DNA of 32,000 bases from Candidatus Electrothrix sp. GW3-4 (lineage in GTDB: Bacteria > Desulfobacterota > Desulfobulbia > Desulfobulbales > Desulfobulbaceae): positions 4,560,001-4,592,000 of the forward strand of contig NZ_CP147990.1 of assembly GCF_037902255.1 (NCBI RefSeq), given 5' to 3'. Positions 16,773-25,757 of the stretch are shown piece by piece. Position numbers and translations under genes: made by a program. Numbering within the stretch: position 1 is the stretch's first letter; every line of letters starts with the position of its first letter. The notes under the pieces were generated by a model, which worked only from the letters and a program-made list of their open reading frames with translations, did no database searches and was not told the DNA's origin.

Positions 16773-19559
16773 TCAGATCTTTTCAATCCGAGTTTTGATA
16801 TACTTCAGCGGCGGGGTCCCAGACCAGGTACAGGCAAGGTTGGGTGGCAGCAGGACATTGGTGTTGAAGCCTCCACATTCTGGATATTTTGGATCTCCTT
16901 CCAGACCGTATTTTCCGCCAAACCCACCTCCAGCAGCCAGGACCCCCTGACGAATCCCCCAAGTCACCTTGGCTGTCGCTGTGGCCTCCCCCCAGGGTGA
17001 GGAAATCAGCACTTCATCACCATCAGAAATATCGAGCTGCTTGGCATCCTGGTAATTCATCCAGACCGGATTTGAGCCGCATTTTTTGACCAATGCGGGA
17101 TTCCAGAAGGTTGAGCAATGCTCATGCTCAGCGATTCTGAAATAACCGATGATCATAGGATATTTATGGTCTGGTTGCAGTTCCGGCCAATCAGCATAAG
17201 GTGCAATATAATCTGGCAGGGCATTGCCTCCGATCTTTTTTGCGGCCGGGTTGATAAAATTATACTTACCGGTGAGCGTGGTACCAGAGGAACCGTAGCC
17301 AGCTGGCGGGTTAAAGGAACCCCATTCCCGGTGCTTATAAAATTTTTGTGCGTCCGTCACAAAATAGCCGGTCTCGTAGAGTATATTCAGACTGACCCCC
17401 TGTCCGTGGAGCTGATTCGTCATGTATTCTTCTTCACTCTTCCAGGGAAAATATTCCCCATACCCGAGGCGCTCTGCCAGTCCTGTAAAGATGGCCACCA
17501 CAGAACGAGAGTCATACAACGGTGCAATGGCCTTTCGGCCCAACGAGATAAAGGATTCATACATCCAGTCCGATATCACCCGGCTCTGCTCAAGATAGGT
17601 ACAGTCGGGCAGGATCACATCACAGAGTTCTGTGGTATTGCTCATAAAGCAGTCGATGGCGCAGGTGAATTCCAACTGACGCATAGCACGCTGAGTTGAG
17701 GGCTCAGAACCATCCGACATGACCGGATTACCAAAATAGCAGAGCATGGCCTTGAGGCGTCCTGCCTGGACATCCTCTTCTAAATAGGCAGGAATCCATC
17801 CCTTCCAGAGTTTACTCCTGTTCAACTTGAACTTCTCCGCATTATTGGGAGGCTTGGGCTGACCGTCTCCCCAGGGAGAGGCGAGCTTGCGTTTGCCAAT
17901 CAGACTGGGGCCACCAGGCGCATCAAAACTCCCGACAAGGGCGTTCAAGGCTTGAATGGCCTGGGTGGCATGAACAGCATTGGGTACCTGGGCCACACCA
18001 GTCCAGGACAGGGCCGCTGCTGCAGGGGCGGCAGCGGCAAACTCCCGGGCCAGGCGTTCAATGGTCGCCGCAGGCACCCCACTGATACCCTCTGCCCAAA
18101 AGGGGGTGCGGAGAATACCGTCTTCCTCGCCCTGCAGCCGTCGCTTGAAGGCCGCAAAACCGTAACACCATTCCTTGACAAAGGCCTGATCGTACAGGTT
18201 CTCCGTCACCAGGACATAGGCCATTGCCAGGGCCAGGGCCCCGTCTGTCCCAGGGAGAATGGAGATCCATTCTGTCGAGACCTCAGCGGTTTCGCTTCGC
18301 CGCGGGTCTACGGTTACTAACTTTGTGCCTCGCTTTATAGCCTGCTTGAGCAGATTGAGTTTACGTTGCCCTACAGAAGTTACCAACTCATTAATACCAA
18401 AGAGGAGAATGAATTCCGAATGGGCATAGTCAATCCAGGGACGCTTATCATTGCCGCAATGCTCGTTGGCCATCCGGTTGGGATTGTCGCACATTTGACG
18501 ATGGGTGGTCTTATTCGGCGTTCCATAGGCAGCCATCACGGCATCATGGCACCAGCTATTGAAATCATTGCCTTGGTGGAATCCCACCGTCTTGGGATCA
18601 AGGCTCTTCAGGCGGGAGGCTGTCAGGTCCAGGGCCTCGTCCCAGGAGGCCTTTCTCAAGCGGCCATTTTCCCGGATCAGGGGGGTCTTCAGGCGATAGG
18701 CCGAATAGGTATTTTTATGGGCATTGGCCCCTTTGATGCAGAGTCGGCCGCCTCCCTTGGGGTCACCTGCCAGACCACTGAGACCGGTGATCACCTGATC
18801 CCTGAGTTTGACCTCCTGACCGCAGAGCCCGGCACAGATATAGCAATGGGTCTTGATTGTGTTGTCTGCTTGCTGAGGGATTGCCCCTGGGGATAAGGTT
18901 TGTGGCTGGGTATCAAGTATCAGCAGGGAAAGGGGCTGAGAAAACTGCTCCAGATCTGTTTTCTCCAATGCTGATTGTACCGCCGCTTCAAGCACCGTCT
19001 GGGTGAGATCGGCCAAGCCCTGGTACCATTCGGTCTGCGCAGCAGAGCGAAGCATTTCACAGAAGGCATCAGCCCAACCCAGATGTTGGCTGAGAAAAGC
19101 CCGTTGCTTCTCTTCCGTTCCTTGTTGTTCAGCCAGATAGGCCATAAATTCCAACTCAACCGCGATATGGTCGTCCAGGTCCGGGTAGGCAGGATTTTTA
19201 TGTACTCCGTTATTGGAATACGCCTGGCGGACCGCAAAGACCGGTTCCTGCATAAGCAGGGGCTCTTCGCTGAGGTGGCAGGAGGCATAGGGGAAGACAG
19301 GGTTTTTTCCTGCATTGAGAAAAAGTCCTGCATATTCATAACGCAGCTCGTTATAGATGTCCTGGGCTGAGCCCCCCTGCAAGGTTGCTGTTATCTTGGC
19401 CAGGCCAGAGCGGAGACCAGGAGATGCGCAGTTGGCTGCTGCTTTATTCAGCTGGTCAAAGAACGGGTTTGCCTGCATCTCTTCAAGAAAGGCGAGCGGG
19501 ATTTCGTCCTGATAGAGGAAGGAAAGAAAACGGTATACAGTTGCTGTTGCGTTGTGCAT
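16773..19559 (-). CDS. Molybdopterin (Mo/W-bisPGD) oxidoreductase catalytic subunit with N-terminal TorD/DmsD-like chaperone domain fused; no Tat signal
   Basis: Residues ~1-200 (YRFLSFLYQDEIP...YEYAGLFLN...PDLDDHIAVELEFMAYL...FLSQHLGWADAFCEML) follow the TorD-family pattern. They are followed by an FeS motif C-x2-C-x3-C-x27-C (HCYICAGLCG...RLCIKG), molybdopterin-binding regions (DPRRSETA, ILPGTDGALALAM), and a C-terminal MGD-binding beta-barrel (VWMNYQDAKQLDISDGDEVLISSPWG). Confidence 0.8.
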   Translation of the reverse strand: MHNATATVYRFLSFLYQDEIPLAFLEEMQANPFFDQLNKAAANCASPGLRSGLAKITATLQGGSAQDIYNELRYEYAGLFLNAGKNPVFPYASCHLSEEPLLMQEPVFAVRQAYSNNGVHKNPAYPDLDDHIAVELEFMAYLAEQQGTEEKQRAFLSQHLGWADAFCEMLRSAAQTEWYQGLADLTQTVLEAAVQSALEKTDLEQFSQPLSLLILDTQPQTLSPGAIPQQADNTIKTHCYICAGLCGQEVKLRDQVITGLSGLAGDPKGGGRLCIKGANAHKNTYSAYRLKTPLIRENGRLRKASWDEALDLTASRLKSLDPKTVGFHQGNDFNSWCHDAVMAAYGTPNKTTHRQMCDNPNRMANEHCGNDKRPWIDYAHSEFILLFGINELVTSVGQRKLNLLKQAIKRGTKLVTVDPRRSETAEVSTEWISILPGTDGALALAMAYVLVTENLYDQAFVKEWCYGFAAFKRRLQGEEDGILRTPFWAEGISGVPAATIERLAREFAAAAPAAAALSWTGVAQVPNAVHATQAIQALNALVGSFDAPGGPSLIGKRKLASPWGDGQPKPPNNAEKFKLNRSKLWKGWIPAYLEEDVQAGRLKAMLCYFGNPVMSDGSEPSTQRAMRQLEFTCAIDCFMSNTTELCDVILPDCTYLEQSRVISDWMYESFISLGRKAIAPLYDSRSVVAIFTGLAERLGYGEYFPWKSEEEYMTNQLHGQGVSLNILYETGYFVTDAQKFYKHREWGSFNPPAGYGSSGTTLTGKYNFINPAAKKIGGNALPDYIAPYADWPELQPDHKYPMIIGYFRIAEHEHCSTFWNPALVKKCGSNPVWMNYQDAKQLDISDGDEVLISSPWGEATATAKVTWGIRQGVLAAGGGFGGKYGLEGDPKYPECGGFNTNVLLPPNLACTWSGTPPLKYIKTRIEKI

Positions 19560-19833
19560 TGTCCAGTCCTTAAGGTTGTCCGATGTTCTATATGGTTCGC
19601 AGGAACGGCTCTTTGTAAAGAACTTCGTCTAGTTGATTTTGGATATTTGTTCTATTAATAAGTTAAAAATCAATACTATATGTGGGAGAGATGTGGTATA
19701 TCATGCTCTGTTATTCTTTGTCAACCGGATTTTCCGGTGGAGAGATATCAGAAGATGAACCCAAAAAACAGGAAGACTGACTTGGTCGTTGCTACGATAC
19801 CCTGAGCAACCGGTACAATCGACGGAGGAGAAA

Positions 19834-21021
19834 ATGCTAAAGAGGAGATGGAATCGATGGTGGTTTATGTTGCTGGCAGCGGTCTTGCTGCTGAGCTGGC
19901 CACCGTTACTTTTGGGACAGGAGATGGCGTCCTCAACCACCCAGATTGAGCTGCCCGCCAAATTGGCAGCAGTGGTGGCCAATACCCCCACCGGTACTGA
20001 TGCGGGCCAGATTGACCTTCAGGCGGAAAAAGGTTTTGCTGGTATACCAGGGGCACCGCAGATTAACTATCTTGTCGCCTTTCTCTGGGCGATCTGGGTT
20101 GGCTGGATCTTTACCACCGTGGGGGCCTTTGGCGGTATCATGGCTGGAGTGGGACATCTGACCATCTTTGGGCTCGGGCTGTATGCAACAGGCTTTAAAA
20201 CAACCAACCCTGAGTTGAACGCCATGTTGACCGATATGATCAGGGCCTCTAATCAATATCTTGTTGGCTTGGCCGCCCTGATCTCAACCTATAGTTTCTA
20301 CAGGATGAAGCGATTGGTGGTCCCCCTGGGCCTGGCGCTCGGCCTGGGGAGTGTTAGCGGTGGCCTGCTGATTCCCTGGCTGACAGCGGGCAAGATCCAG
20401 CTCAGTCAGTATATTGGCTGGTTCGGTATTGCTGTCCTGGTTATCGGGGGATTTATCTTTTACAGCACTACAGAGCGCAGCCATTCCAAGAAGAGCAAGG
20501 CCGATGAGGCGGCCAAGGCCTTTCAGCAGGCCATGAAGGAGCAAGGGGGGAATGATGGGCAAGGAGTGCTCTTTCAGTCCTTCAGCCCGAGCAAAATAAC
20601 CTTCTCCTTTTACGGAACAGAGTTTCGCTTTAACCCGATCCTGGCCCTGATTGGTGGCATGATCATTGCCTCTATTTCTTCTTTCCTGGGGATCGGAGGC
20701 GGCTTTCTCTATGTTCCTTTTTTGACCAGCGTTATCGGTCTGCCCATGTACATCGTGGCAGGGACTTCGGCCTTGGCTGTGCTGCTGAGTATGGTGACCA
20801 GTGTCTTCTCGTATGTGGTTTTGAAGGGCACCTTTATCAGTTGGAGCCTGGTCGGCATCGAAATGGTCGGGGTGGCTGTGGGGGCCTTTATTGGTCCCAA
20901 GACCCAAAAATATATCCCGGAAAAGATTCTAAAATGGCTCTTTGTGGTTCTGGCCGCTTATGTCGGTATCCGCTATTTCAGCAAGGGCTTCTTTAATCAG
21001 AGCTGGTTACCCCCGTTTTAA
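19834..21021 (+). CDS. TauE/SafE (TSUP) family anion exporter-like membrane protein
   Basis: Polytopic hydrophobic protein with two halves, each carrying the family G-G-G motif (GAFGGIMAGVG; FLGIGGGFLYVPFL). I preferred the ATG at 19834, preceded by GGAGGAG, over the TTG at 19789. Confidence 0.7.
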   Translation: MLKRRWNRWWFMLLAAVLLLSWPPLLLGQEMASSTTQIELPAKLAAVVANTPTGTDAGQIDLQAEKGFAGIPGAPQINYLVAFLWAIWVGWIFTTVGAFGGIMAGVGHLTIFGLGLYATGFKTTNPELNAMLTDMIRASNQYLVGLAALISTYSFYRMKRLVVPLGLALGLGSVSGGLLIPWLTAGKIQLSQYIGWFGIAVLVIGGFIFYSTTERSHSKKSKADEAAKAFQQAMKEQGGNDGQGVLFQSFSPSKITFSFYGTEFRFNPILALIGGMIIASISSFLGIGGGFLYVPFLTSVIGLPMYIVAGTSALAVLLSMVTSVFSYVVLKGTFISWSLVGIEMVGVAVGAFIGPKTQKYIPEKILKWLFVVLAAYVGIRYFSKGFFNQSWLPPF

Positions 21022-21139
21022 TCCGCTTTACTTTTTCACAGCCTCTGTCCCTGCACTCCGTCCTTGCGCTGGATGGAGGCTTATTCATTAACCGTCCATG
21101 CAGCATAGAGCATATCTCGTTTCTTCGTCTCTTGATTTC

Positions 21140-23494
21140 TTAAGGCAGATCACTCTCCCTCTGCCGCTTATTGCTGTACATCCTTCTATCGGCTGTATTT
21201 AAGAGCTGATCTTCTAATGTTCCGTCGTCCGGGTAAAGCGCTGTCCCCATAGCGGCGGAAATAGCCAGCTCAAGGGTCAGGGAGAGCTGGCAGGGAGCTT
21301 CCAGGTCTGCATTGACCTTATCGACAACCTGTATCACATCATCCTTGCCCTGTATCCCTGGAAGCAAGAGGACAAACTCATCCCCTCCCATACGGGCGAC
21401 CAGATCTTCCACGCCTACTGAGGAGAGGAGGCGGCGGGCCATCTCTTGGAGAAGAAGGTCTCCAACATCGTGGCCGTACTGGTCATTCACCGGCTTGAAC
21501 TTATTCAGATCAATAAAGACCAGGGCCAGTTTGCTGTTGTTCTGCTCAGCTCGGGCCAGTTCCTGTTTAAAGCGCTCATAGAAAAGCAATCTATTGGCCA
21601 GCCCAGTGAGGCAATCATGGTAGGCATTATAATGGAGCTGTTGCTCCATAATCTTGCGCTCCGTGATATCGGTGGCGATTTGGATCTTGACCTCACGACC
21701 ATCGAACCATGTGATCACCCGATCATGGAGTTCATACCAGCGCTCATTAAAGGGGTTTTGCCGTTCCCAGACATAACTTTTGTCTGCATAGTCGTTATTG
21801 TTGCGGAGCAGGGTATTGGGACAGGATTTGCAAGGTCTTTTGAGCCCTTTGTGTAAGCCCTTCCAGCAGATGGAGCCGGTTATGTCACCGAAAATTTCAG
21901 CAGCGTATTTATTGAGAAAGAGGATTTCGTAGGACGCCGTATCAATGACGTACACCATCGCATCCATGCTGTCGAGGACCGTGAGGAGTTGCTGATGGGC
22001 TGCCTTCAATGCCTCTTCTGCCTGCTGTCTTTCGCTTATATCCCGCACAATGGCCACAAAACAGGCTGAGTTATGATCTGGTGTTATATATTGCAGGTGG
22101 ATTTCAACCGGAATTCTGGTCCCGTTTTTATGCTGATGCACGGTTTGCAGGAAGAGGCTCTTGGGCTCCCCTTCTGTTAGTCGGGTGATTATTTTCCTGA
22201 ATGTTTCTTCTGTAAAATCAGGCTTAATGGAGGCGGGCGTCATCTGGAGAAATTCTTCTGTCGTGTAGCCAACCTGATCCTGTCCTCCCTGATTAACATA
22301 GGTAAAGAGCAGCGTTTCTGGATCAAACATGAAAACGCAATCATGGGTCCTGTCCAAAACATCTTTAAAATGATTCAACTCCAGACGGGTTGTTTCACGG
22401 CTTGCATAGAAGCTGATCAGGAGCCAACCAAGCGGGCCCAGCAGGAGAAAAAGGACGACATTGAACATGACCAGGCTGTAGCGGGCCGATGTCAGATGAT
22501 CCTGTTCAATCTGCTGAAGAGGAAGGCGAGTCACCAGCTTCCAGTAATAATCCCCAGCCCTGATTTTTTGCTCACTCTGTCCAAGCGGTTGGCTGCAGCC
22601 TGTACTTGAGGTCATGCCGTCACTTAAGGGATGGATTGTTGCAAAGGTAAAGAGGTTTTCATCAAGCAGAAATTGTCCGGTAGACTGTGTTGCCAAGGTT
22701 TTCCAGGCCTCAGGATATCGGGCAGCAAAGGTGTGGTCCTTTTTTTCCGGCCACATAAAGGCCCAGTTATCTTCCTCTCGTTCACTGTATAACCAATACC
22801 CCTCTCGATTCAGGAGCATGAGCTTGCCGTTAAGGCGTTGAGCTGTCTTCTCAACCAGTTGGTCGAGAATCTCCTGACCCAAATAATTCAGGATAATAAC
22901 CCCCTGTTTTTTTCCGGTGTGGTCAAAGACGGGGGTGCCGAAGCGAAGTATGGGCTTATAGGGAAGCTCAAGAGTGCAATGTTCCATGTTCAGGTCAAAG
23001 CGGGAGACAAAGATTTCTCCTGGGTTGAGTTTGATCGTATCCTGAAAATAATAGCGCTTGCCTTTAAACTGGAGCTCTTCTTGGGACACGAGAACACTTC
23101 GGTCTGCAACACGGTTGAGCCGTATTTGCTCCATGCCCTCTTTGTTGATTAGTCTGATCTGATGGTAGATCTGTCTATGCTGTGAAAAAAGACGCAGTAT
23201 TTTTGTAATGTTTTTCCGCGATGCTTGCGGATTTTTTTCAGTGGAGGATTCTCTGTATGCGTCGCTGAGAATTTTGAGGTCTGTGGTGATATTGTGAAAG
23301 ATTTTTTGGATTCTCTGCTCATGGTGGCCAATGATATGTTGTTCCTCACCCTTATGTAAGGCATCCTGATGCCTTTTTTCGTCGAGATAAAAGAGGAAGG
23401 AAATAAGGAGACTCAACAGCATGATTGGAACAATCAGGAGGAGAAAACAGGAGAGTTTGTTCGGGCTATGTATGCTCTGGAACTGCTTTTGCAT
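21140..23494 (-). CDS. Sensor diguanylate cyclase (TM - Cache-like periplasmic domain - TM - 2x PAS - GGDEF)
   Basis: Two hydrophobic helices flank an extracytoplasmic region of about 300 aa. There are two PAS-like blocks ending in DISERQ and DITERK. The GGDEF domain reads YHDCLTGLANR...RMGGDEFVLLL. Confidence 0.85.
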   Translation of the reverse strand: MQKQFQSIHSPNKLSCFLLLIVPIMLLSLLISFLFYLDEKRHQDALHKGEEQHIIGHHEQRIQKIFHNITTDLKILSDAYRESSTEKNPQASRKNITKILRLFSQHRQIYHQIRLINKEGMEQIRLNRVADRSVLVSQEELQFKGKRYYFQDTIKLNPGEIFVSRFDLNMEHCTLELPYKPILRFGTPVFDHTGKKQGVIILNYLGQEILDQLVEKTAQRLNGKLMLLNREGYWLYSEREEDNWAFMWPEKKDHTFAARYPEAWKTLATQSTGQFLLDENLFTFATIHPLSDGMTSSTGCSQPLGQSEQKIRAGDYYWKLVTRLPLQQIEQDHLTSARYSLVMFNVVLFLLLGPLGWLLISFYASRETTRLELNHFKDVLDRTHDCVFMFDPETLLFTYVNQGGQDQVGYTTEEFLQMTPASIKPDFTEETFRKIITRLTEGEPKSLFLQTVHQHKNGTRIPVEIHLQYITPDHNSACFVAIVRDISERQQAEEALKAAHQQLLTVLDSMDAMVYVIDTASYEILFLNKYAAEIFGDITGSICWKGLHKGLKRPCKSCPNTLLRNNNDYADKSYVWERQNPFNERWYELHDRVITWFDGREVKIQIATDITERKIMEQQLHYNAYHDCLTGLANRLLFYERFKQELARAEQNNSKLALVFIDLNKFKPVNDQYGHDVGDLLLQEMARRLLSSVGVEDLVARMGGDEFVLLLPGIQGKDDVIQVVDKVNADLEAPCQLSLTLELAISAAMGTALYPDDGTLEDQLLNTADRRMYSNKRQRESDLP

Positions 23495-23868
23495 AATGAC
23501 GCTGAGAGTAACTGGGCGTTGTTCTTTTCTTTAAAGAGTGAGGGTTAATTGGACAGCGCTTGCGGTGTTTTGAAAAATACTTTTATTTTGTCCCACGTTG
23601 TCAGGGTTGGACGTGCATTTGCAGCGCTTCTTAAACCATAATGGCAGCAAGAAGTAAAGAGTAACCCGAAGAAGCAATGCTCATTCTGGGGCGAATACAT
23701 GCTTAAGAAAGGGCGTTTTTTCAGGTAGGCGCAGATGACAATCTTTTCATCTTGCATATCCTTTTCTGTCATCATAGCCAGTTATAAATAAAGAGTTGGG
23801 GTATCCTCCTGAGTTTTAACCGCCCAGCATTTGTTGAAGAAGAAAGGGGAAAACCATAAGGAGATGCT

Positions 23869-24334
23869 ATGAGACAAGTAAAGATAAAAGTGCTCGGATG
23901 TTTTCTGTTGCTCTTGGGTTGTCCTTTTCTCTGCTGAGGGGCTGAGGTTGGCTGGTTATACGGACTGGCGCTTACCCAATGCCAAGGAGCTTCAGAGTAT
24001 TGTGGACTATAGCCGTTCCCCGCTGGCAACCTCTTCGCCTGCCATTGATCCTGTGTTTCAGACGAGCCGGATTAAGGCCCCGGACGGACATCTGCAATAT
24101 CCCTACTTCTGGACCAGTACCAATCATCAGGAAGGCCGGAATTACTATGAAAGTGCGGTCTATATCGCCTTTGGCAGGGCCTTAGGAAAGATGCGCGGCA
24201 GGGTAATGGATGTGCATGGGGCAGGGAGGCAGCGGAGTGATCGGAAGACAGGAGGTCGCAGGGATTATCCCGAGTATTTTGGTTCCCAGGGGGATATGCG
24301 GGTGGTGTTGGTCTTTCTTTGCCTATTGCATTAG
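23869..24334 (+). pseudogene. Decayed DUF1566 (Lcl C-terminal domain) gene: orphan signal peptide plus frame-shifted domain remnant
   Basis: An AAGGAG RBS precedes the ATG at 23869, which encodes MRQVKIKVLGCFLLLLGCPFLC followed by a stop (23935). From 23948, in a different frame, comes GYTDWRLPNAKELQSIVDY...YFWTST...ESAVYIAFGRA...DVHGAG.QRSD, a recognisable DUF1566 core. It has no ATG start of its own, and its tail (VVLVFLCLLH) looks non-native. Confidence 0.45.
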
Positions 24335-24388
24335 CAAAAAGGCGCAAGAGTTCATGTCTGGTGAATGAGAAGCATTGAGATATTGGAG

Positions 24389-24430
24389 CCGGGCTCATCC
24401 TCTCAGAGGAAGAGCCCGGTGTGTTTTTTT
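24389..24430. terminator. Strong hairpin plus T-tract between the convergent DUF1566 relic and pit (potentially bidirectional terminator)
   Basis: CCGGGCTCaTCCTC-tca-GAGGAaGAGCCCGG (24389-24419; 13 bp with one A/A mismatch) is followed by TGTGTTTTTTT on the + strand. On the minus strand the same hairpin sits directly after the pit stop codon, preceded by an A-tract. Confidence 0.6.
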
Positions 24431-25694
24431 AACCGAATATCCCTTTCAGCAAGAAGAAAAAGATCATCGCCAGAATCGCTCCTACCGGCAGGGTCACCAG
24501 CCAGGAGATGATGATGTTCAGTACCACCCGCAGGTCCAGTGCCCCTATGCCACGGGCCAGACCAACCCCAAGCACTGATCCCACCAGGATATGGGTAGTG
24601 GAAACAGGCAGGCCGGTCCGGGAGGCCAGCACTACGGTGGAGGCTGCAGCCAACTCAGCACAGAAGCCACGGGAGGGGGTGAGCTCAGTGATCTTGGTGC
24701 CCACCGTGAGCATAACCCGATAGCCCAGAGTGACCAGACCAGCCACGATACCGCCGCCACCGAGGAGGAGTATCCACAGGGGCATCTCGGATTTTTGCAT
24801 GACCTCACCACCAGAAGAGACAATACTGACCACGGCAGCCAGTGGTCCGATACCGTTGGCCACGTCATTGGAACCGTGGGCAAAGGCCATTGAGCAGGCT
24901 GTGAACAGCATCATAGGCGTGAAGACCTTTTCTACGCTGGCAAAATGAAAATCCCGATCTGCCTCAGGGTCTTCTGCCACCTTGCGTACCAGCGACCAAC
25001 CAAGCAGGGCGGTGAGGATACCAATGACCACGGCTGCTGCAAAGCTTTGGCCAGCAGTCAGGTTCACATGCAAATGTTTGAGACCTTTGAACAGAGTGAC
25101 CAGCGAGATGATAAAGCCCACGAGAAAGATGTAGAACGGGGCATATTTTTTGGCATTCTTGAGCGGATTATCCGTGTCAAAAATCAGCTTGCGGGTACTC
25201 ATGACCAGGATAAAGGAGATGGTCCCGCCCACTGCTGGCGAGATGACCCAGCTGGCAATGATTGTCCCGATCTTTGACCAGTTGACAGCATCGCCCCCAA
25301 TGCCAACCAAGGCAAAGCCCACCAAGGCCCCGACGATGGAGTGGGTGGTGGATACTGGCCATCCCTTTGTCGAGGCAGCCATCAGCCAAATCGCGGCAGC
25401 CAGGAGGGCTGCCAGCATGCCGTAGACCAGGATCTCTGGTTTGTCCACGATACTGCTCGGGTCAATAATCCCTTTGCGGATGGTCTTGGTGACATGCCCG
25501 CCTGCCAACACCGCACCAGCAAATTCAAAGATGATGGCAATACCGATCGCCTGTTTGACAGTGACTGCCCCAGCACCCACTGAGGTTCCCATTGCATTGG
25601 CCAGGTCATTAGCCCCGACCCCCCAGGTCATGTAGAGGCCAAAGATCATCGCCAGGATGATCAAAATTGTTCCGTAGGCCGTTATTATTTCCAT
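24429..25694 (-). CDS. pit: Inorganic phosphate transporter, PiT family
   Basis: Duplicated PiT signature GANDLANAMGTSVGAGA (N-terminal half) and GSNDVANGIGPLAA (C-terminal half) in a polytopic membrane protein. An AAGGAG RBS is present. Confidence 0.9.
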   Translation of the reverse strand: MEIITAYGTILIILAMIFGLYMTWGVGANDLANAMGTSVGAGAVTVKQAIGIAIIFEFAGAVLAGGHVTKTIRKGIIDPSSIVDKPEILVYGMLAALLAAAIWLMAASTKGWPVSTTHSIVGALVGFALVGIGGDAVNWSKIGTIIASWVISPAVGGTISFILVMSTRKLIFDTDNPLKNAKKYAPFYIFLVGFIISLVTLFKGLKHLHVNLTAGQSFAAAVVIGILTALLGWSLVRKVAEDPEADRDFHFASVEKVFTPMMLFTACSMAFAHGSNDVANGIGPLAAVVSIVSSGGEVMQKSEMPLWILLLGGGGIVAGLVTLGYRVMLTVGTKITELTPSRGFCAELAAASTVVLASRTGLPVSTTHILVGSVLGVGLARGIGALDLRVVLNIIISWLVTLPVGAILAMIFFFLLKGIFG

Positions 25695-25757
25695 TATACA
25701 GCTCCTTATTTATCTATCTTTGTCCTGTCGCTCTTCTTCTTGCCTCTGTTTGACGGT

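Noticed and set aside
17118-18896. Plus-strand ORFs of 193 aa (17118-17699), 122 aa (17952-18320) and 176 aa (18366-18896).
   Set aside because: All are antisense to the 928-aa molybdopterin oxidoreductase gene, whose frame is supported by FeS and MGD-binding motifs. Their translations are compositionally biased and contain no recognisable motifs.
16773-19559. The idea that the Mo-enzyme is a respiratory arsenate reductase (ArrA), given the nearby arsC and the C-x2-C-x3-C-x27-C cluster motif.
   Set aside because: The FeS spacing is shared by several Psr/Phs/Arr-clade enzymes. The gene is convergent to, not co-oriented with, arsC. There is no arrB-like partner, and the protein lacks the Tat leader expected for periplasmic ArrA. 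The evidence is insufficient.
19560-19720. A possible Moco riboswitch in the leader of the molybdoenzyme gene.
   Set aside because: Reading the minus-strand leader, I could not find the conserved Moco-RNA core elements or a convincing multi-stem structure. The region is simply AT-rich.
20284-20907. A 207-aa minus-strand ORF inside the TauE-like gene.
   Set aside because: It is antisense to a coherent polytopic membrane protein. Its translation is hydrophilic and low-complexity (rich in Q, G, H, P and N) and lacks a start context.
21077-21113. An imperfect hairpin (GCTGGATGGA / TCCATGCAGC, one mismatch, 17-nt loop) between the convergent TauE-like and diguanylate cyclase genes.
   Set aside because: There is no U-tract on either strand and the loop is long. 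This is too weak to call a terminator.
23545-23775. A 76-aa minus-strand ORF (MMTEKDMQDEKIVICAYLKK...).
   Set aside because: It has no recognisable family, no convincing RBS and an odd composition, and it sits in a degraded patch. It could be a gene fragment, but I cannot support a call.
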